64,000 bases of DNA from Sminthopsis crassicaudata (Eukaryota), in assembly GCF_048593235.1 (NCBI RefSeq), contig NC_133618.1, positions 660,436,361-660,500,360 of the forward strand, in the 5' to 3' direction. The notes under the pieces are model-generated. The model worked only from the letters and a program-made list of their open reading frames with translations. It was not told the DNA's origin and did not search any database. The position numbers were made by a program, and so were the translations under genes. Positions 60,301-64,000 of this stretch are shown in pieces. Numbering within the stretch: the stretch's first letter is position 1; each line of letters opens with the position of its first letter.

Positions 60301-63300
60301 TGGCCAGCCACCTTTTGCCTCCAAGTCATTCACAGAGCTGGAGGAGAAAATCCGAAGCAACCGAGTCATTGAGGTAGGTCCAGGGCCCAAGCAGCGGGGT
60401 GCTATGGGGTCCTGAGGGAACGGGAGCCAGAGTCCTGGACTTTCTCAGCCATACAGCAGGTGGTCCGTGGGCTGTGAGATCTCAGACCCGAGGTCTTGCA
60501 GACCTGGCCCTTCTAAGGGCTGCAAGGGCAGACACGGAGACCACATCCCCACCTAGGGGGTCCCTTCCCCGATGCCCCAATCCTGTGCCTCCCTTGCCCC
60601 TTGCTTACTGAGATCCATCTCCCCAGCTTCCCACTCGACCCCAGCTCTCCCGAAACTGTCGGGACCTCCTACAGCGGCTCCTGGAGCGAGACCCTGACAA
60701 GCGCATTTCTTTCAAGGACTTCTTTGGTCACCCCTTTGTGGACCTTGAGCATATGCCGAGTGGGCGGAGCCTAGAGCAGGCGGTGAGTTGGGGGAGGCGA
60801 GGGAACCTCAGGGTCCCAGGGGCCCCTGGTCCAGCCTCCCCTGACCTTTTCCCCCGCCCCCAGACTGCCCTGGTTGTGGAGGCCGTGAAGAAGGACCAAG
60901 AAGGGAATTTCTCGGCTGCCCTGTCTCTCTACTGCAAAGCTCTCGACTACTTTGTTCCAGCCTTACACTGTGAGTGGGCCCTGGGGCCCAGCCCCAAGCC
61001 GTCCTCCAGGAGGTGCAGAAGCAGGGTCCCTCCCAAAAAGTCTGTGGGCACTAACACTGAAGCAGAAGGGATTAGGGTAGATGGAAGGAAGAACTTTCTG
61101 CCATAGAGCTAGCAAGAGTTTGGGGCTGTCCCGGGTTTCCTGCTGCAGGGAGTGGCTATCATGGAGGCCCATCCAAAGCCAAGAAGAACCAGAGGTTCCT
61201 ATAGCTTATTCAGGGTGGGCAGGGGGAGGCTGAGGAGCCGGCTTGCCCTGCCCGTGTTGCTCAAGGGCCACTCAAGGGCCTGCTCAAGGGTCTCTGGGGC
61301 CTCCTTGGGGGACTTAGAACCCCCCCCCCCGTGACTTCCTCACCCTCATTCCTCTCTCAGATGAAGTGGACGCCAGACGCAAGGAGGCGATCAAGGCGAA
61401 GGTCAGTGAGAGCCTGGGGACAGTGAATGCCAGCCTCAGATCCTCCCTGCCCCATGGAGCCCTTAGAGAGTGGGAATCTCTGCCTTGGCTTCCTGCTCTG
61501 TAACTGGGGCTTAGCCATGTGAGGCAGGCCCTTCCCATGCTGGGACGCCTTCCTCCTCCTGAGCGGGGCTGGGGCTTCTTGGCCCTGGGCGTGGGGAGAA
61601 GGCAGGCTGCCCACCCCCATCCCTGTACTGGCCCCATCTGATCCCTCACCTTCTTGTAGGTTGGACAGTACGTGTCAAGGGCCGAGGAGCTCAAAGCCCT
61701 GGTCAACTCCTCCAACCGGGCCCTTCTCCAGCAGGGCACGTGTGCCCGAGACCTCCTCAAAGGTACCCCCTGCCTTCACGGCCTCCTAAGCCCTTCCTCA
61801 CCAGGGCCCTGTGGCTGACTGGGGCAGCGGCTGCCTGGTGTCTGGCTCGCTGGCCCCGTGGGATCCTCATGCCTTTCCTTCTCCCACCATCTGTTACCAC
61901 GCTCCCTCTCCAAATAGCCCTGGTTTATTACTTGGGACCCAGGAATCCCTCAGTAGAATGTAACCTCCTTGAGGAAAGGGACACCATGGCCGAGCGCCAG
62001 CCTCCCACAAAGTGGGCCCTGGAGCCCCCGTTTGGAGAGGGGGACTGGCCTGCCCCTGTCTCTCATGGATGTCAGACCCGAGACCAGCTCAGGCCTCTGC
62101 CTCCTTGTGGCTTGCTCAATCTTCATGGCTTGAATTCCCTTGGCTTCCTGGGGGGTACAGTCAGCTTCCTGACTGAGGAGCGCCAGGAACCCAAAGCCTA
62201 GACATGCTTAAGGATTTATTAAGGGAGTGCAGACAAAGTCAAAGCACTTGGAGGCCGTGTCACACAGGGGGCAGTGTTTAAGGGCCTCCCTCCCTCCACT
62301 GACTGCTTTAGTGAGCCAGGTTTAGGACCAGGTGCTCTGTGAGAGTCAACTTGGTGCCCCGCTGTGATTGGGGCCAAGGGAGCTTGGCTTCCTTGGTGGT
62401 GGGTGGGCACATGATCTGGCGGCCACTCTGTTCTCCCTCCAACCCCCTAAACACTGAACCTGCTGTTACAGAAATGGCCAGAGACAAACCCCGCCTTATC
62501 GCTGCCCTGGAGGTGGCTTCAATGGCTATGGCCAAGGTGAGTGCCCACGGGGACGGAGGCTGGTAGGCAGGGATGCTTCTCTGGGCCCTCTCCCCCGCCC
62601 ACTGTGACCTCCCTAGGGATCCTAACGTCTCTTCTAGGAGGAGGAGGGCCAGGATGATGGAGATGCCCTGGACCTGTACCAGCAGAGCCTGGGAGAACTC
62701 TTACTGCTCTTGGCAGGTGAGTGAGACAGCAGCACAGGCATTGGGCAGCCCTCCTCCACCCCTGGACTGCATCTCACAAAGCCCCCTTCTCTTTGCAGCT
62801 GAGCCCACAGGGAGGAGGCGGGAGCTGCTGCATGCTGAGGTAGGTCTGGGAGCTGGTAGTCCGTTCTCCCCAACACCTCTGCTCCCCACAGGGCTCAGAC
62901 AAAGGCACTGGGAGCCATAGGTGGCAGATTGTGTGGTGCCGACAGAAACCTCTGCAGGAGGTCAGAGATGGGGCCCGGCACATAGGGGCTGGGGGGGTGA
63001 GACCCTGGATAACGGAGAGTGGTGGTCTCTCTTCCTGCCAGATCCAGACCCTAATGGGGCGAGCAGAGTACCTGAAAGAGCAGATCAAGGTATGGGGGGT
63101 TTCTCTCTGTTTGGGGGACATTTCTCCACTGACTGTCTCCACACGGTCTCTCACTATCTCTTTGCCCCTTCTCTGAGTCTTCCTCTCCAGCTCCCTCACC
63201 GTTCAATCCCTCTCCCACCCCATTATCCGGGTCTGCCTCTGTGGCCACCATCTCTCCTTTCTCTCACTGCCCCAGATGAAGGAGACTCGATGGGAAGCTG

Positions 63301-63522
63301 AGTCCATGGACAAAGATGGGCTGTCTGAGTCTGTGCGGAGCTGTGAGTACTGGAAGCTTGTCTCCCCAGAGGCTTGGTGAAGGAAGTGGCTTGGGACCCA
63401 GAAGTTCCCCATCTCTGCCGTCCGGGGTGGGGATCTTGGGGGCAACCTCGGAGTGACTCCTCCCCAAGCCTGCTTGCTCACTCCTGCTCCTTCTCTCTCA
63501 CACAGCCTGCACCCTGCAGTGA
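53384..63522 (+). CDS. ULK3: Unc-51-like kinase 3, join(53384-53485,54794-54934,55496-55616,55943-56047,58301-58444,60291-60373,60627-60782,60864-60969,61361-61401,61660-61762,62472-62536,62638-62716,62799-62839,63042-63089,63276-63342,63506-63522), 1419 nt, 472 aa
   Basis: Kinase motifs [26 protein letters not shown] and DLWS; two MIT domains; C-terminal CTLQ; all 15 introns GT-AG with continuous phase. Confidence 0.97.
54663..54749 (-). mobile_element. Short, internally deleted WSINE1-like SINE
   Basis: Poly-T, then cctgaggcatttggggttacgtgacttgcccagggtcac, then a fused 5' end ..ccgccccc. Confidence 0.65.
54794..54934 (+). CDS. ULK3: ULK3 exon 2
   Basis: [33 protein letters not shown]...KDFQ; CAG|gtctgg. 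Confidence 0.95.
55496..55616 (+). CDS. ULK3: ULK3 exon 3
   Basis: [22 protein letters not shown]...QQL; G|gtaaag. Confidence 0.96.
55943..56047 (+). CDS. ULK3: ULK3 exon 4
   Basis: [34 protein letters not shown]; G|gtgagc. Confidence 0.96.
56228..56429. repeat. Degenerate 24-bp tandem array (about 8-9 units) in ULK3 intron 4
   Basis: Units such as caggattaggggttagactgtggc / tggtgttaagggtcagtctgtggc / tggggttaggagtcaaactgtgat at an exact 24-nt period over 56253-56372. Confidence 0.85.
56875..56945. repeat. Inverted copy of the 24-bp array (continues at 57857-57897 after an L1 insertion)
   Basis: gccacagactgacc (56892-56905) is the exact reverse complement of 56287-56300. Confidence 0.8.
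56946..57856 (-). mobile_element. 5'-truncated L1 insertion
   Basis: Poly-T at the left end; L1 3'UTR/ORF2 tail motifs (ttgttcagtcattccccacttgatg..ttctttgccaccacaa); TSD cagattggc (56937-56945, 57857-57865). Confidence 0.85.
58301..58444 (+). CDS. ULK3: ULK3 exon 5
   Basis: [26 protein letters not shown]...[10 protein letters not shown]; G|gtaaga. Confidence 0.96.
58755..59335 (+). mobile_element. L1 ORF2 3' fragment
   Basis: Translates in part as [51 protein letters not shown]. Confidence 0.88.
59390..60080 (-). mobile_element. L1 3'UTR fragment with three tandem ~40-bp tail repeats, interrupted by a SINE
   Basis: Repeated ..ttttccaattacatgtaaag..agttttc; ttctttctctggatgtggatggcatttt. Confidence 0.75.
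59851..60001 (+). mobile_element. Young WSINE1-like SINE
   Basis: Near-consensus body, poly-A, TSD agaattgtctt (59836-59846, 60002-60012). Confidence 0.92.
60291..60373 (+). CDS. ULK3: ULK3 exon 6
   Basis: [27 protein letters not shown]; GAG|gtaggt. Confidence 0.95.
60627..60782 (+). CDS. ULK3: ULK3 exon 7
   Basis: [23 protein letters not shown]...SLEQA; GCG|gtgagt. Confidence 0.95.
60864..60969 (+). CDS. ULK3: ULK3 exon 8
   Basis: [14 protein letters not shown]...FVPALH; T|gtgagt. Confidence 0.95.
61361..61401 (+). CDS. ULK3: ULK3 exon 9
   Basis: [13 protein letters not shown]; AAG|gtcagt. Confidence 0.94.
61660..61762 (+). CDS. ULK3: ULK3 exon 10
   Basis: [14 protein letters not shown]...RDLLK; G|gtaccc. 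Confidence 0.94.
62472..62536 (+). CDS. ULK3: ULK3 exon 11
   Basis: [21 protein letters not shown]; AAG|gtgagt. Confidence 0.94.
62638..62716 (+). CDS. ULK3: ULK3 exon 12
   Basis: [26 protein letters not shown]; G|gtgagt. Confidence 0.94.
62799..62839 (+). CDS. ULK3: ULK3 exon 13
   Basis: [13 protein letters not shown]; GAG|gtaggt. Confidence 0.94.
63042..63089 (+). CDS. ULK3: ULK3 exon 14
   Basis: [16 protein letters not shown]; AAG|gtatgg. Confidence 0.94.
63276..63342 (+). CDS. ULK3: ULK3 exon 15
   Basis: [22 protein letters not shown]; T|gtgagt. Confidence 0.94.
63506..63522 (+). CDS. ULK3: ULK3 exon 16 coding part (S-CTLQ-stop)
   Basis: cacacag acceptor; CC TGC ACC CTG CAG TGA. The 3'UTR runs to the window end with no AATAAA seen. 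Confidence 0.93.
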
Positions 63523-64000
63523 CCGTGGGCCTGAGAGGCAGCCCTCCCCCTCGTGTCTGTGGACCCTCTGGAGTTCCGTTGCCAGAAGCAAGCCTGGAGA
63601 AGGGTGGCAAGGGCAGAGGGGCTAGCAAACCATCCTGGGGATGAGGGTCTTGTGGGGGAGGGACTCTAGGAGTCTGCTTCCTAATCTTGAGAGGGGAATT
63701 GAGGACTCCATTTCTAACCAACAAGGTCCTGCCTGCTAGAGTTTCTGATCTCATCCTCGTGTCCCCCACATTATAAACCCTTAGGGTCAGGCCCTGGCCC
63801 GGCCAGGAGGGGATTTCCTGGAAGAAGAGTCCCTCCTGTGTCCAGGAGCCCTGACCTTATCCTCTCCCACTGCCCCTGGTGACACGGGGTGCTTCCTTTG
63901 CTGGTGGGCTGAGTTCCCTGACAGTTATTTCTAAGCATGGCTAAGGGGTTTCTCTATTACTTCCCCCATTTCTTTTCCCCTTTTATCCCACACTCACTAG

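Noticed and set aside
1-64000. tRNA, rRNA, snRNA or snoRNA genes
   Set aside because: tRNA-like A/B boxes occur only in SINE heads. I could not support any structured RNA gene by eye; Infernal/Rfam would be the decisive test.

Overview
Eukaryotic genomic DNA, not prokaryotic: there are no CRISPR arrays, operons, rRNA or tRNA genes. The repeat content points to an Australian marsupial, probably a dasyurid: WSINE1-like and Mar1-like CORE-SINEs, OC1-type hAT MITEs and marsupial L1 3' ends. The window holds four intact multi-exon genes in the order known from human 15q24: FAM219B (+, CDS 764-7213, 6 exons, 203 aa), MPI (-, 11281-21584, 8 exons, 421 aa), SCAMP2 (+, 30903-51161, 9 exons, 331 aa) and ULK3 (+, 53384-63522, 16 exons, 472 aa). 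I placed every exon by hand from recalled orthologue sequences, splice signals and reading-phase continuity. Each gene starts in a CpG island. The most notable observations are: (i) inverted arrays of a 24-bp telomere-like unit in ULK3 intron 4 that could fold back in the pre-mRNA; (ii) a very weak FAM219B exon-3 donor with an in-frame competitor 120 nt downstream (+40 aa); (iii) two GC-AG introns; (iv) C-terminal CaaX motifs on three of the four proteins; (v) two 595-bp solo LTRs bracketing the MPI promoter; (vi) OC1-type transposons, one with a templated duplication; (vii) a His-to-Asn change in ULK3 helix alphaE; (viii) an in-frame SCAMP2-ULK3 read-through possibility. I found no clearly new biological system. 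These findings are hypotheses, and repeat family names and orthologue comparisons come from memory rather than from searches.
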